From the NCBI RefSeq assembly GCF_006345805.1, contig NC_043012.1, forward strand, positions 14,322,001 to 14,386,000: a stretch of 64,000 nucleotides of DNA, read 5' to 3'. This DNA comes from Octopus sinensis (lineage: Eukaryota). Below the pieces are notes generated by a model. The model had not been told where the DNA came from and did no database searches. It saw only the letters and a program-made list of their open reading frames with translations. Below are positions 37,144 to 51,004 of the stretch, piece after piece. The position numbers and the translations under genes are program-made. The stretch's first letter is position 1, and the number at the start of each line of letters is the position of its first letter.

Positions 37144-40099
37144 TAGGCTGGGCAAATTTTACTTAAGTATCTTTGATAAATAGACAGAACCAAAGAACTT
37201 TATCTGGACTGTTAAAGCAGAATTCTTCTAAGTTGTATAACTTCAACTTTTTAACATTCCCCATAAATTGTCAAATTTGATCGTTGTTTCCTTGGGACAA
37301 TGAAACGTTACGTTGTCACTGTTGCCTTTGCTGTTTAAGGATGAGTCAACCTCATTCGGGCAGACCTATGTATAAAGACATTCTAGTCATGACGTATGGT
37401 ACATTGTCCAATACGTGCTTCCTTTCTTAAGACAGGAGTATATAGTTTGAAGGTATACCGACTGTAATTTCTAGCGGTTTGGTAAACCAGTAAGAATTTC
37501 CCTTTTTAGAGTTGCTAGAAATATAAGGTAATGACGGTGATGGATCAGTATAAGCACTATTTATTTTACCAATTACAGAGAAAAAAAACAGTCGATGACG
37601 AAAGATGATATTAGTCGACAGAAAAAAGAAACATTCGATGCCCCAGCATGGTCACAACTTTGATTGAATCTGAATGCGAAAAAGGTTCTGATATGTTATT
37701 CCCCTCCTTATTCCCCAGTCTTCGCCAATTTTCAAATAGCTTGTCCTGTACTCTACAATTAAGATACTATAACAAGTAAACACTGAATACTTGGATAGTC
37801 TTACATTTTACTATTTGTTCAATTTCTAATCTTTAAAATTATAGCAACCTATTATTAGATGTGATCTATGAGACAACTGATTCAATTTCTTGTTTCATTT
37901 CTTCATGATTTTACTAATGATAGTAGACATAATTCTGAAATCATTTCGAATTACCTTATCTTTTTGTTCTCTTATTCGTATACGTCTCGATTTGTTTTTA
38001 TTGTTGTTGTTTACATTTGTTTTCACTAATCAGAATTTCATCTTTTGTCTTTTGCAAACACGACTGTCTTTGTTTTTTGTTTTGTCTTCGTTTTTTTTTA
38101 TCTCCAATGAATTAAACTTATTTGTAAATTTTTCTTATCTAAATAATCAGTTTAATAATTTTTTCTTCTTAAAACTCAACTTCCATCATTGAACTTGGAA
38201 GAAACTTTTAGTTCTACTTAGATTCTTTTATATTTACAGGGAAGAAATAAAATGTTTCATTACGAAATAGTAAAAAATTTCAAAGATGGATTCAGAATTG
38301 ATAAGAATACTGGAATTGTGTATGTGTCTAGGCCATATGTGGTTGATAGAGAACTTAAAAGTGAGATACAGCTTGAGGTAAGATTTAACATTTACTATTA
38401 AAGTTTGCTCAGCAAGCGTAAATTTTGGATAAGCCAAATAAATGCGTTAACAGTTTCATTTGATGCTAACAATTTCGCTTCTGCCCATCTGTTATATTCA
38501 ATGCATTTTTAATACTGATTTGGTATGAAACCTTCGATATTTCATGTATGTATTATCTTTATTTTTTTTCTGCGATTTCCATGTATCAGGATGTTTAACA
38601 TATATTTAATGTAAAACGTTAACTCCCGACGAACCGACTTCGTATCCTGTGTAAATTTCCAGTTTGCATTCTTATCCTTCACATAGACAAGTGAAATCAT
38701 AGTGGCAATACCTTCGCACTTCCTCTGTTTTTGCGTTACATTCCCCAACGATGTTGAAGATGTCAGTCAACAAATGTAACTCCAATTTTGAATTCAAAAT
38801 ACATCACCACTTATGGAATATCTTTGCTAGTCGAGAAATGTGAACCATATTGGCCAAAATATAAAGCAATACTTAGAATATTAAACAAAACTAACAACCA
38901 ATAGATTCTGCTTTTTTTTTTCAGTCATTTTTCTTATTTTTAAAATTTTAGATTAATATAATCGATAAGATAGAATAAAACATGGTATCGAGAAATCCTA
39001 AATATAAATTTATTCTCTAATCAAATGTAATAACGGTTTTTTTCATCGAAATGTTTCCATATTCCGTTTTTGCTTAATTTCTCTTTGAAATTTGATTTAA
39101 GTTTACAAACTTTTTATTAATTTACTTTGGTTCAGTTCTCTGGTATCAGCATGTTATTGGTCTCGTTTAGGTTTTTGAAATATATCAATTTTATTGAATT
39201 ATCGAGTTCATAAATTTAAATGAAAAAGAAATCTTGAATATTATCTTGAATTTAAAATTCTATTATGTTCATAAGTGAAGCAAATTCAAAGTTGCAACTA
39301 TATTATTTCCATGAAAATTTCAATTATTCTGTTTCATATTATTATTAGTTAGCCCTCAGCACATGACTGGTACTTTATAAACCTGACTGAATTTAAACTA
39401 AAAACAGAGGGGAAAGTAAGAATTTCAGCGACCATTAAATAATTAAATTAAAAGAAAATACTAGCGATATTTTTTTAAAATTCGTGATGGATTCAATTAT
39501 TAGTATCATTTATGGCTTATAATCTAAAAATATTGGAAAGATATGTAATTTAATTATGATACACCTCGGAATGATTTTTTTTTTATATTATAACCTTTTT
39601 GACTGCTTTAATCAAATCATCCTTTCCTCCCATGAGGCAATATTCCTGTTCATCTTTACTGTGACATTATAGGTCAAAATATGCAGAGACTGTCAGTAAA
39701 TTACAAAGATCACAGTTATTTATATGCTATGTTTTCTTATATCATTTTCTCTAACTCTGTCGGTGTCTTTTCTATTCACTGATATACGTGAATCTAGATA
39801 TAAATACAGCTGTAGATTGATATAATCTGAAGTCCATCGCCACCATAACAGTGACTTCACAAATTCCTTCCTACCCCATCACCACGTGACTTCACAACTT
39901 GAGAGAATTAGACATATGCACTTTTGTAGCGTTATGGAGACAACCTCATTCTCACCGCCCACAATGCCTTCACACCCCATTTCTTCCTACTTGTATCAAC
40001 ACAACAAGGACAAGATTGTGCCAAGAGCTAAAACCCTCATTCTACATAATCATTAGGCAAGGGAGATGGTAAGGATCTACTTTTGGTAACCATGTAAGT

Positions 40100-41220
40100 A
40101 AGTACGATCTTTTCATGGCCAGGCTGATGGTAACTAAACTGCCAATCTAACCAAGCCTATTTGGTAGGGCGGTTGGCTACTGGACACCCAGCAGAATAAA
40201 ACTAAACAAACCTGTTAAGAAGGGTGGATGAACTCGGGTGAATGGATTCAAAGACCAACCAATATCAACGAGGTGTTTCATGGCGTCACGTCAAGTCGGC
40301 AGAAAATCTTCACACTGTAGGTCTACTGTTGACTCTAGAGTTGGTGTACCCAGGCTTGTCATTGCTCGATATGTATACTTTAGCTCCCTGATTGAGTGTA
40401 GCAGGTAACTAAAAAAGTTATCAATATCTAAATTTTTTCAAGCAGTGCTATGAAAATATATTAATATCAAAAGAGTAGAGGATCTGTAGCCGCTCATGTT
40501 ACGAAGGATTGTGCTGGATGTCACCCACTTCGAAAAGTTTACCACGAGACAGAGAAAGGAATGCTCAATATGCGAAGTGCACCGCACTCGTAGCATTAAA
40601 GTTAGAAAGACACAATGTCGCTATATCTACTCCTTGAAAAACAAGACTAACAAAATATGGGTATGGATTGCACATTCTTTTGGAATGGAAATCTAATGAA
40701 GATTTTTGTCAAAGCGAGTTGACACACAAGAGGAAGTTTGAGTTGTAGAGTCCGGAAGGTAGTCCAATTGCAAACTACTGCTGATTATAAAGACATTCGC
40801 AACTTCTATATTGAATCGTGGGATGTATACAAGTCTCAAGAAATTAGTGCCTCACATTTAAGATAGTAGGAATAATTGCAGAAAATGTCGTGAGTTGGTT
40901 CAACATTTTACAAGGAAAATAATGAATATAATTCACCACTTTCCAACAAATCATAAGATACGCCGTTGTGAGTTGAGTGGGAAATTCAGGCAAATGTGAC
41001 GCTTTACACTTTTGTTGCCCCCTTGGTTGAACAGCCGAGCTTAGAGTTGTTATTCCCCGTCAAATCAATCTCAGAAAGACACCAGAAAGGGATAGTAAGT
41101 ATTCCAGAAGTGTTGAAATTTGTAGAAGCCAAAAATATTAGCTGTGTCCAACAATTGATGTCGGAGCACAACCATTGCTCACATCATACCGTTTACCAAA
41201 ATATATGTGATTTGTGAGTT
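40100..41220 (+). pseudogene. Degenerate RTE-type LINE 5' UTR plus APE endonuclease
   Basis: TALVALKLERHNVAIS...KTRL...GYG...WKSNED...KRKF-x-L-x-SPEG follows the RTE APE N-terminal pattern. Confidence 0.45.
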
Positions 41221-41559
41221 CTTCTTACAACATACCGCTAGGGCAGATAATATAGTGGTCAGGGTGTTGCACTCACGATTTCGATTTCGATTTCTGGATC
41301 GGGTGATGCATTGTGTTTTTGAGCAAAATACTTCATCTGTCATTGCTCTGTTGCTGTTGCTGTTGAGCGAACGGTCTTCGTCCCAGAGTTCGCAGGATGG
41401 GAGAAGTCCGAAACGTGGCCCTTTGCTATTCGTAAAACCCGCAGAAGAGAAAGCAGGTCAACCCCCGACACCGAGAGTATTGACGGATGGATGAATGCGC
41501 ATCCAGGCTCAGCGGTTGCGTAGGAAGTCGGGTGTTGTTGCTCTGCTATGACTTCGACA

Positions 41560-42262
41560 CCTGTTGTATGATACACTGTGTACCTATTCGGGCAAGTTCA
41601 ATTTGATGGAGAGAGGGAGCTAATGTCCATCACAATCATGTAATCATTGTAATCACTATAAACAAATAATCTGTGCCGGATGTTCAGCAAGAAATTGCAG
41701 AACCGTCCTTCTCGGGCTGTGATACACTACCATCATTATCATCAGAACATTCCAGTTATCTAACATTATCGGAAATTTTGGGACATAGCTCAATCGTGTG
41801 CAGAACAGTTCCCCTGTCTGAGTTCAAGTCTGAGTTAGGTGGGTCACACTGCTCGTTACCTCACTCCAATTTGTCTCTATCTGGAGGCCTGGACCAAATG
41901 AAACCCTTAGCATTTTAAACAGCCCCTCCGTCCAACGCTACGACGTTGTTGAGAGGTATCGTCTTGCCTCTCCAGGTGCCGAGTTGCAAGCCGACGAACT
42001 TATCCCGGTTAACATTTGCTCTTGCCACCGCCTCATAGTCCTTAATGAAGTTGCCTACCTTCTGTAGGTGTATCATCTCGGACACGATGATGGTGATGTC
42101 ATCCGCGTACGCCGAAACCTTCCTACTGCAACCAAGATCTCGTGGGATGCTCTTCCATCCCTCCAACTGCCGCAGTAAGGTTTCTAGAGATGACACCCAT
42201 GCCGAACAGAGCGCTTGATGTTGAACGGCTTCGAGAAAAACCCGTTCACCCGAGTATTTGTT
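41560..42262 (-). pseudogene. Tx1-clade RT fragment
   Basis: RKVSAYADDITIIVS...DYEAVARANVNRDKFVGLQLGTWRGK, then FGPGLQIETNWSEV. Confidence 0.8.
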
Positions 42263-42498
42263 GCTAACCAATTCAACAACAATAAATAAGAAAACCAGGA
42301 AAAAGAAAAAGAATTTTTTCACACATTGTACGTGCAAATTCAACCACCACCACTAACACCATTAATTAATAAATAAATAAAGAAAGTACTAACACCATTA
42401 ATTCCAACACAGTCGCTGAAAATGACAAACTTTGCCATAGCGGGTTCGCATCTTCATAATTTTAAGAAATGCAAAAATTTTATTAAAGATAATAAATC

Positions 42499-42538
<40 letters not shown>

Positions 42539-44286
42539 TATTTCATATATGTTTATAAATAAGTATGTATGCGCGTATGGATCATATATCCGAAAATAAG
42601 CACGCTCTAAAGTATAAAGCAGTAATGTATTTATATGAAGCTAAATATATGTCCAGGCATAGAGTGACCAATTGTTTCGCATCCATAAAGCGTTTAGCCT
42701 TATACACAACTTGTCAGACTCCAGTGCCCGCGACCATACAGTAATCATAGGTTTCTGTAATCCGCAATGAATGTCTCATTATAACGTGAATGGTCTCTAT
42801 ATATTTTTTACATTTGTGAACATGTGAATTGGATGACATTATTGCTGTTAGCTTTGGTTGACTTCTGCATCTATTGCACACAGTTACCATGAACGCACTG
42901 TATTAGAATCTATTTCTGCTTACGTTATGAGCATTCAGGGAAAATATATGTATAGTTATTCCTTTTGTTAAATTCCCAATTTCATCCGGAAATCTCCAGC
43001 TAAAAACCCCGAAGAGAATCAGCGCGCACTGATATTTGACCTTAAACCTTACAATACATCCCAGTAGTGCAAGCTGAAGAAAGAATCGGTCATAAATGGT
43101 AAATCTTAAGGAGCTCACCTTGTTACGATATTTTCAATATAGAAAGAAATCGAAAGAATTATGAATGAAAGCAACTAGGAAAGAAAGAACCAAAAGTAAA
43201 GAATATAAAAGAAATAAGGGTTTTTTAAAGGAAAAAATATTAAATAAAACTTATGTATGACTATTCTCATCACCCAAATTTAGATAAATGTGTAGTGGAA
43301 ATATATATTCAGTATCAGGTGTTGATATGGCTGCGTGTATATTATTACCAGAGTTCCTATAGAGATAAAGAATAAATTCAAGAAATATATATGTACTACA
43401 TGAAAATATATTTTATTTACTGGTCGATGATGATACATAATCAAAATATAGAAACTAGTTAAATGAAGTAATCTATGCATCAAAGTTCAGAGATAGGAAA
43501 TATAGAAATAACAGCTAAGTGGTGGCTTTCAGTCATGTGGCGTAGAGAAATAGACGGACATAGCGATGGCGTGAATGGCTCTAAGACTAATCGTCTAAGA
43601 AGTAAAGAGCAGCTGTTTTTATTACTGAAATGATAGACATTCTAGACATTTCCAAGAGAAACGCTAAGCTTCGTGAATAATTAAGACTCACGTCTCATGA
43701 CATAGATGCTTCGTGTATGTGACTACGATGAACTTCCTCGCAGTTTCCATCAACCAAATTCGTTCAAAATTGGCCCAAGGCGATAGTATAGGACATTTGT
43801 CCAGGAACCTGCGCAATGAGATATCGAAGTTGAAAACAGTGACTCCAAAGTGAGTCTCTTAACCACACGAGCCATCAAAAGTTTTAAACACTGTTCACTA
43901 GACACATAATAACTCTCAGTTATCAATATTTTCTGACTTATTATTTGGCTTTAGTTTTTGTCATTGTATTTAATCTACTTCAAATTCCACTGTCCATATT
44001 TTTAACTTCCTATAGCAACCATACTCCACTCTTTTTATATTTTTTTCTAGATTTTTCGAATATTTAAAGTTCACACGTAACTCATATTTCAACGATTTCG
44101 TTCTGAATCAATGCACGAATTATTTAAATGTGATTTTTAATTTTTTATTCATATTTTGTTTTGTTTTTTCAACACTTCAAGAATTTTAATATTTGAATTA
44201 AATTTAATTTTTGTGAAGCTGTTTCGCTGAAACATCCAACAGAGATGACAGAGCGTTTCGAATTGAAGAAAATTCCCACTAAGGAA

Positions 44287-44320
<34 letters not shown>

Positions 44321-44645
44321 CGTGTGTGTGTGTGTGTGTGCCCTTATTATACAGCTATCCAAAAATACACAACCACAATATATGTCCCAAAATGTATTTC
44401 CAAACTATATATTGGCAATATATATCGAAAATATCTTTCTAGAATATATTTCTTAAAATGTTTCCTTATTTCGAAAGCGAATTCACATCGTAATGTGATT
44501 GAAAATACGAAATGTATGTATATATACGTGTGTCTCTGTGTGTGTGTGTGTGTGTATGTGTGAGTGTGTGCATGTGCGTGTGTGTGTGATATTTTGCCAA
44601 CTAAACGCATGCCTATATGCTTTTTGTTGTTTTTTTACTTCAGCT

Positions 44646-44850
44646 TCATTATCTCCGCCCTCGCGAAGGCAGAGGTATAGTTTACAGTCATGTTTGTTTA
44701 TTTGTTTGTTGTTAGTGTTTTTTAGTTGTTTATTTGTTAGTTGGTGGGCAAAATATCTCCAAGAACCGCGGTATGGATTCCGATGAAACTTTCAGGGAAG
44801 TTTGGCCTCGTGACTGGCACGAACTGATTAGATTTTGGGATCTATTTCTT
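44646..44850 (+). mobile_element. Short non-autonomous Helentron/DINE-like element; duplicated at 46456-46660
   Basis: CCGCCCTCGCGAAGGCAGAGG subterminal hairpin, (GTTT)n tract, then ...GGATTCCGATGAAACTTTCAGG...GATTAGATTTTGGGATC. This layout is common in such elements. Confidence 0.45.
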
Positions 44851-44879
44851 TTATTACCCACAAGGGGCTAAATACAGAA

Positions 44880-46040
44880 TAATCCAATTACAAAACAAAT
44901 ATATACAATGACAAACTCGGGGAACTTAAAATACAAAAGAAGATGAAATAAGAATAGAAAAAAGTTAAAAGAAACGAATGGTAAATTTAAAAAAATATAA
45001 AATGAGGCGCAATGCCCACTCGATCCCCGAAATCGAGTGGTTACATTTCGACAGTTTTTTTTTTTTTTCCTTTTCATATAATGAATACACATTTCTATAG
45101 TCTTTTTTTCTTTTTCATATTTTACACACAATTTCATCTTTTAAGTCAAATTTTTTCAACTTTTCATATCCGATTTCCGAGAGTGGAATCTCAGACAATG
45201 GAAAACATTGCACACAAATTACAATTTCATTAATTTCTTTTTCAAATTTAAAATACTTTTCACAAGCCATCAAAATTCCCCTATCGCCTACATCAAAATT
45301 GTCTTCCGACAACTTCACTTTCACCAGTTTCCTCATTTTCTCAGCTATTCTTTCTGCTTCCTCATCTTCTTCGCATAGAACCAAGACACCCTGAAATTTA
45401 ACTCCATCAAACTTTGTTTTTCTTTTTTCGATCTTTTGTACGATCTTAGTCTCACATCCTTCCTTACCTTTTCTTCGTTCTACCGACTCTTCTTTTGCCT
45501 TCGATTTTTCCTTTTGGTGGTGGTGGTGGTGGGGTTGACCACACCGTTCCTCTCCTCCTCACTTTTCTTCTTTTTGTCTTTCTGGGTACAATCTTCCTCT
45601 TCCTCCATCTTTTTCTACCTCTGTATTTTTTTCTCAATTATATTTTCCTCTGTGGTTTTTACTTTGTGATTCCATCTGTTCTTTTCTTTGCTCCTTTTCC
45701 TTTTTATTATATGAGAATTCGTATAAAGGGCACTCGGTCCCTATACAGCATCTCACTCCGCATATGTAACAATTTGGCTTAGGTCCCTCTACCCCCACAT
45801 TCAATGTATTCTCTTCCTCAATTTCAATCTGGTAGGGGATTCTTTCTATGTCTTCAAATGTTGCAACCAGTCATATTTCGACTCCGAACTCCCAACAGTT
45901 TGACTTATCTGTCTTTCCTATAAATCCCAGCGTAGGGTTGTCCTCGGTTGAAGCCAGAACAGCTGAAACCAACCACTTTGTCTTGAATTCTGATGGTACT
46001 CTTGATATCCTTATTCTGACATTGCGTATTCCCCTTTAAG
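44880..46040 (-). pseudogene. Degenerate gag-like ORF1 (zinc knuckle) of an L1/Tx1-type element; second copy at 46690-47870
   Basis: VRIRISRVPSEFKTKWLVSAVLAS...GVEGPKPNCYICGVRC[C/R]IGTEC, a decayed CX2CX4HX4C, followed by Lys/Glu-rich sequence. Confidence 0.55.
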
Positions 46041-46062
46041 TGGGTAGTAACACTATTTTCTC

Positions 46063-46130
<68 letters not shown>

Positions 46131-47892
46131 CGTGTGTGTGTGTGTGTGTGCCCTTATTATACAGCTATCCAAAAATACACAACCACAATATATGTCCCAA
46201 AATGTATTTCCAAACTATATATTGGCAATATATATCGAAAATATCTTTCTAGAATATATTTCTTAAAATGTTTCCTTATTTCGAAAGCGAATTCACATCG
46301 TAATGTGATTGAAAATACGAAATGTATGTATATATACGTGTGTCTCTGTGTGTGTGTGTGTGTGTATGTGTGAGTGTGTGCATGTGCGTGTGTGTGTGAT
46401 ATTTTGCCAACTAAACGCATGCCTATATGCTTTTTGTTGTTTTTTTACTTCAGCTTCATTATCTCCGCCCTCGCGAAGGCAGAGGTATAGTTTACAGTCA
46501 TGTTTGTTTATTTGTTTGTTGTTAGTGTTTTTTAGTTGTTTATTTGTTAGTTGGTGGGCAAAATATCTCCAAGAACCGCGGTATGGATTCCGATGAAACT
46601 TTCAGGGAAGTTTGGCCTCGTGACTGGCACGAACTGATTAGATTTTGGGATCTATTTCTTTTATTACCCACAGGGGCTAAATACAGAATAATCCAATTAC
46701 AAAACAAATATATACAATGACAAACTCGGGGAACTTAAAATACAAAAGAAGATGAAATAAGAATAGAAAAAAGTTAAAAGAAACGAATGGTAAATTTAAA
46801 AAATATAAAATGAGGCGCAATGCCCACTCGATCCCCGAAATCGAGTGGTTACATTTCGACAGTTTTTTTTTTTTTTCCTTTTCATATAATGAATACACAT
46901 TTCTATAGTCTTTTTTTCTTTTTCATATTTTACACACAATTTCATCTTTTAAGTCAAATTTTTTCAACTTTTCATATCCGATTTCCGAGAGTGGAATCTC
47001 AGACAATGGAAAACATTGCACACAATTACAATTTCATTAATTTCTTTTTCAAATTTAAAATACTTTTCACAAGCCATCAAAATTCCCCTATCGCCTACAT
47101 CAAAATTCCCCTATCGCCTACATCAAAATTGTCTTCCGACAACTTCACTTTCACCAGTTTCCTCATTTTCTCAGCTATTCTTTCTGCTTCCTCATCTTCT
47201 TCGCATAGAACCAAGACACCCTGAAATTTAACTCCATCAAACTTTGTTTTTCTTTTTTCGATCTTTTGTACGATCTTAGTCTCACATCCTTCCTTACCTT
47301 TTCTTCGTTCTACCGACTCTTCTTTTGCCTTCGATTTTTCCTTTTGGTGGTGGTGGTGGTGGGGTTGACCACACCGTTCCTCTCCTCCTCACTTTTCTTC
47401 TTTTTGTCTTTCTGGGTACAATCTTCCTCTTCCTCCATCTTTTTCTACCTCTGTATTTTTTTCTCAATTATATTTTCCTCTGTGGTTTTTACTTTGTGAT
47501 TCCATCTGTTCTTTTCTTTGCTCCTTTTCCTTTTTATTATATGAGAATTCGTATAAAGGGCACTCGGTCCCTATACGGCATCTCACTCCGCATATGTAAC
47601 AATTTGGCTTAGGTCCCTCTACCCCCACATTCAATGTATTCTCTTCCTCAATTTCAATCTGGTAGGGGATTCTTTCTATGTCTTCAAATGTTGCAACCAG
47701 TCATATTTCGACTCCGAACTCCCAACAGTTTGACTTATCTGTCTTTCCTATAAATCCCAGCGTAGGGTTGTCCTCGGTTGAAGCCAGAACAGCTGAAACC
47801 AACCACTTTGTCTTGAATTCTGATGGTACTCTTGATATCCTTATTCTGACATTGCGTATTCCCCTTTAAGTGGGTAGTAACACTATTTTCTC

Positions 47893-47986
<94 letters not shown>

Positions 47987-48181
47987 TGTGTGTGTACTTT
48001 ATTTAAAAGCTGCACAAATATAACAAAAGGTGGTACTCAGAGTTTCACGTTTTGTTCGTCGGATAGTTTTGTTGTATTTCTGTTATGAATAACAGCTTTG
48101 TTATATTTCTGCTCTTTTAAATAAAGCATATTACTCTACCTCTGGTATTTCAGTACTCTTTTTCCCCCTTGTGCTTACTCC

Positions 48182-48228
<47 letters not shown>

Positions 48229-48640
48229 TATATATATACATAAGACAAGGTATAAATAATGGCCATTACACTCAGTGCAAAAGACCAGTTTAATTGGGAA
48301 TACAACCATGGGTTTGCAATATAGAATGGGGATGGACTAAAACTTAGGACCCTGCCACAAGAATACGCGAAGTTTTTTACTAGTTTAAAATTAATTGTTA
48401 GCCTGGCGGATTAACAGAGAGCTTATAAATATTTCTTCCGGATTGATAATCCCGCGTTAGTAACTGAGCGCGCGCGTATGTGTATATGTGTATGTGCGGG
48501 CGCTCATGTGTGTGTCCGAAGGACTTACTAGAACATAACATCAGAAGTATTTTTTTTCTGTAGCCTGAATTAGAGATTAATTTATTTTTGTCAATGTTTT
48601 CATGATATTGATTCGGTTTGCGATTCGTAACCAATAGTAA

Positions 48641-49007
48641 TCTATATATATAAAGCTGAAGTTGTCTGTGTGTGGCAGGTTTGGTAGCCTTCAACTAACA
48701 TTATCTCCTCCGAGACCTTGCGGCGCAAGCTGACCAAAATTGAGAATATGATAGAAGAAGGCTTGCTCTACATTCCGTAGAAGATAAAATTCAAATCAGA
48801 CCATGTTAAGACCAAAAATTATTTACATCAAAAAGGTGCTTTTTACGATTTTTTTACTGCTGTGTCGCCATTTTTCGGTGTATTTCAACCAGAAAAATGT
48901 TCCCTTAAAGAGAATAACAAGCTACATAATGCAAAAGTTTTACTTTTGAAAAATTCCAATTCTAAAGGGTCAAAACAAACCCGAGCAACGCCGGGCGATA
49001 CTGCTAG
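48641..49007 (+). mobile_element. Complete non-autonomous Helitron
   Basis: A|TC 5' end, CCCGAGCAACGCCGGG hairpin about 10 nt before a CTAG|T 3' end, no TSD. Confidence 0.85.
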
Positions 49008-50589
49008 TTTTTGAATATTTTTTTTTAGAATTTCTCACGAAAAATTCCTCGCCAAGACTACAAGTGTGATAACTTGTAGAGACATAGAATTCTTATTATT
49101 GAGTCTATGTGAGGAAATGTTTGCATACGTGTATGTATGTGGGGTGTATGAAAAGTTTTGTGCATTGAAATCTTGTACCTTCATCAGGGGTCTTGTACCA
49201 TGTTTTGTTTGTTGAAGGCTAAAACTTTTTATACACACCTCGTATATACAGATTTCTGTATGTGTGCATAAGCAGATTTCGATATATGTGAATGTTTTCA
49301 AACCTTCTATGTTCTCTTTGACATGATGTCAATTTCTTTAGAGATTGTATTAAAAGTGCATTTACTTATTATTCTATTCTCTGTACTCTATCTTTTATAT
49401 CGAGTTTCCAATTTGTTTCTTAAATAGACTTCTTTTTACAACGATAATTCGAATTATCTTTCTTTCTGCTTGTGAGCAGAACCTTTATATACACATATGG
49501 CTACGTGAAATTGGTAAGTTGCTAAACTTCGTCTTTTTCTCCCCAGGCATGAAATCTTACAGAACTGTAAGCCGTTGACCCATTAATTAGAAATTCCTTG
49601 AAGACCTATAGATTTTAAAGATCTAATCATAGACTCAAAGAACAAGGAATAGTTTCACTATCATACCATGGTCAAGCCATAAAAGTATCAATCCCACATT
49701 ATTATAATTTAAACAAAAAAGCTGTGAATAATTTGAACGAATTCGGACAATGAAGCTATTTCCACAACTTCAGCTGATACACAGGCAGTGAGTAGCTCAT
49801 AATAGCAATACAATAAAGGGAAGCATGATACCAACATTTCTAAGTATTCTACCACAAATATATAATTGCTATAATATCTAACGACAATGGTATGCATTAT
49901 TTCCCCATTGAAAAGGCTTCTGCGTCGTAACTTGATTTGCTAGAAAGAGCAGTGAAATCTTCATAGAATAACACATTGCTGTCTTTGGAAATAATTGTAC
50001 AATCACACAGACAATGAATTGTAAATGTAAAAGAATCTGTTATGGTAAAGTTTAAATCAGCTTTGAATATAGAAATGCTCGATCAAGGCTAGCCTAGATC
50101 AAAATAACAACAATAGAAATAAATAAATGTAGTAAAGTCACGATAGTAAATAAACTATTAAGAACACAATCAGATTCAATTCTGCCTTGTGGAGAAACAT
50201 TAATCTTCATAACGATCGAGTAAAGATCAAAGAAATCCAATTATTCTAGGTACTACGTAAATGGAAACTTTCGAAAATAACAAACTGGGATGAGCTGTGG
50301 CAATACTCATCACATACATTGAGAAAGATATTTGGACAACTGAATCCTAACATAACATAAAGTAGAAGAATGTAGGGAAGCCTCTACCTGAAGTATCAAC
50401 AACAAAACAGCAGTATCCTATCGATAGATACACTTAGACCTTTCTGATGCGTGAGGTATTTGAGAGCATATTTAGTAAGTTAATAAAGCAACTCTAATCT
50501 AGCAAAACCCAAAAGTATTTTAATAAATATTTGTATACACGTTCTCACAAAGCTTTCTTTACGTTTATCCTATTAACTCGCGTTCAACT

Positions 50590-50993
50590 GCGGGACTGGA
50601 ATCGTTGACATACCTGGTGGGAACGCTGGCAACGGGTAGTGTCAGAGCTACGCCGTCGGGAACTTCGGTTCCTGGTAGGGCCACTCAAGTCGGATTGGTC
50701 TGACACCGAGTGGTATTAGGGCCACAACCCGGCAGACGGGGCACTGGTGAAAATCCTTGGAGTGTCTGTTTCGGCAACCGGCAGCTCCTCGGTCGTTCTG
50801 TCCCTGCATCTGCGGACAATCTGTGGCAAACAGGATGTCTCTACATGCGGGATTGTTGGGGACCGCTAGTGAAATTTATATTCCCACGAAACTTCTTCCA
50901 CTGCCATGGTTTCAGATGCCTCGAGGGTGGTTGAAGAAGCCGACTCAACCCGCCCAGGGTGAATGTCGCCACAAGTACAAGTACAAGTAAGTA
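50590..50993 (+). mobile_element. GC-rich non-coding retroposon-like element with a (CAAGTA)n tail
   Basis: Abrupt GC-rich segment ending in ACAAGTACAAGTACAAGTAAGTA. No recognisable ORF. Confidence 0.5.
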
Positions 50994-51004
50994 TTTTTCA
51001 TTTA

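Larger units (their letters stand above)
44287..47927. repeat. Tandem duplication, two units of about 1.81 and 1.83 kb
   Basis: 44287-46096 and 46097-47927 are near-identical. The offset goes from 1810 to 1830 through small indels and one extra 23-bp repeat. Confidence 0.95.

Noticed and set aside
38542-38830. Minus-strand Cys-containing peptide (ECNAK...CHYDFTCLCEG) as a nested-gene exon
   Set aside because: It ends in a stop, has no acceptor in frame and has no partner exons.
49480-49572. Donor-like TTG|GTAAGT and acceptor-like CCCCAG| with a 20-nt micro-exon
   Set aside because: The implied intron would be only about 33 nt, and the peptides are unrelated to the cadherin frame.
50770-50850. 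HDV-like ribozyme suggested by CTCCTCG
   Set aside because: I could not build the P3/P1/P2 nested pseudoknot by eye. A descriptor search would be needed.
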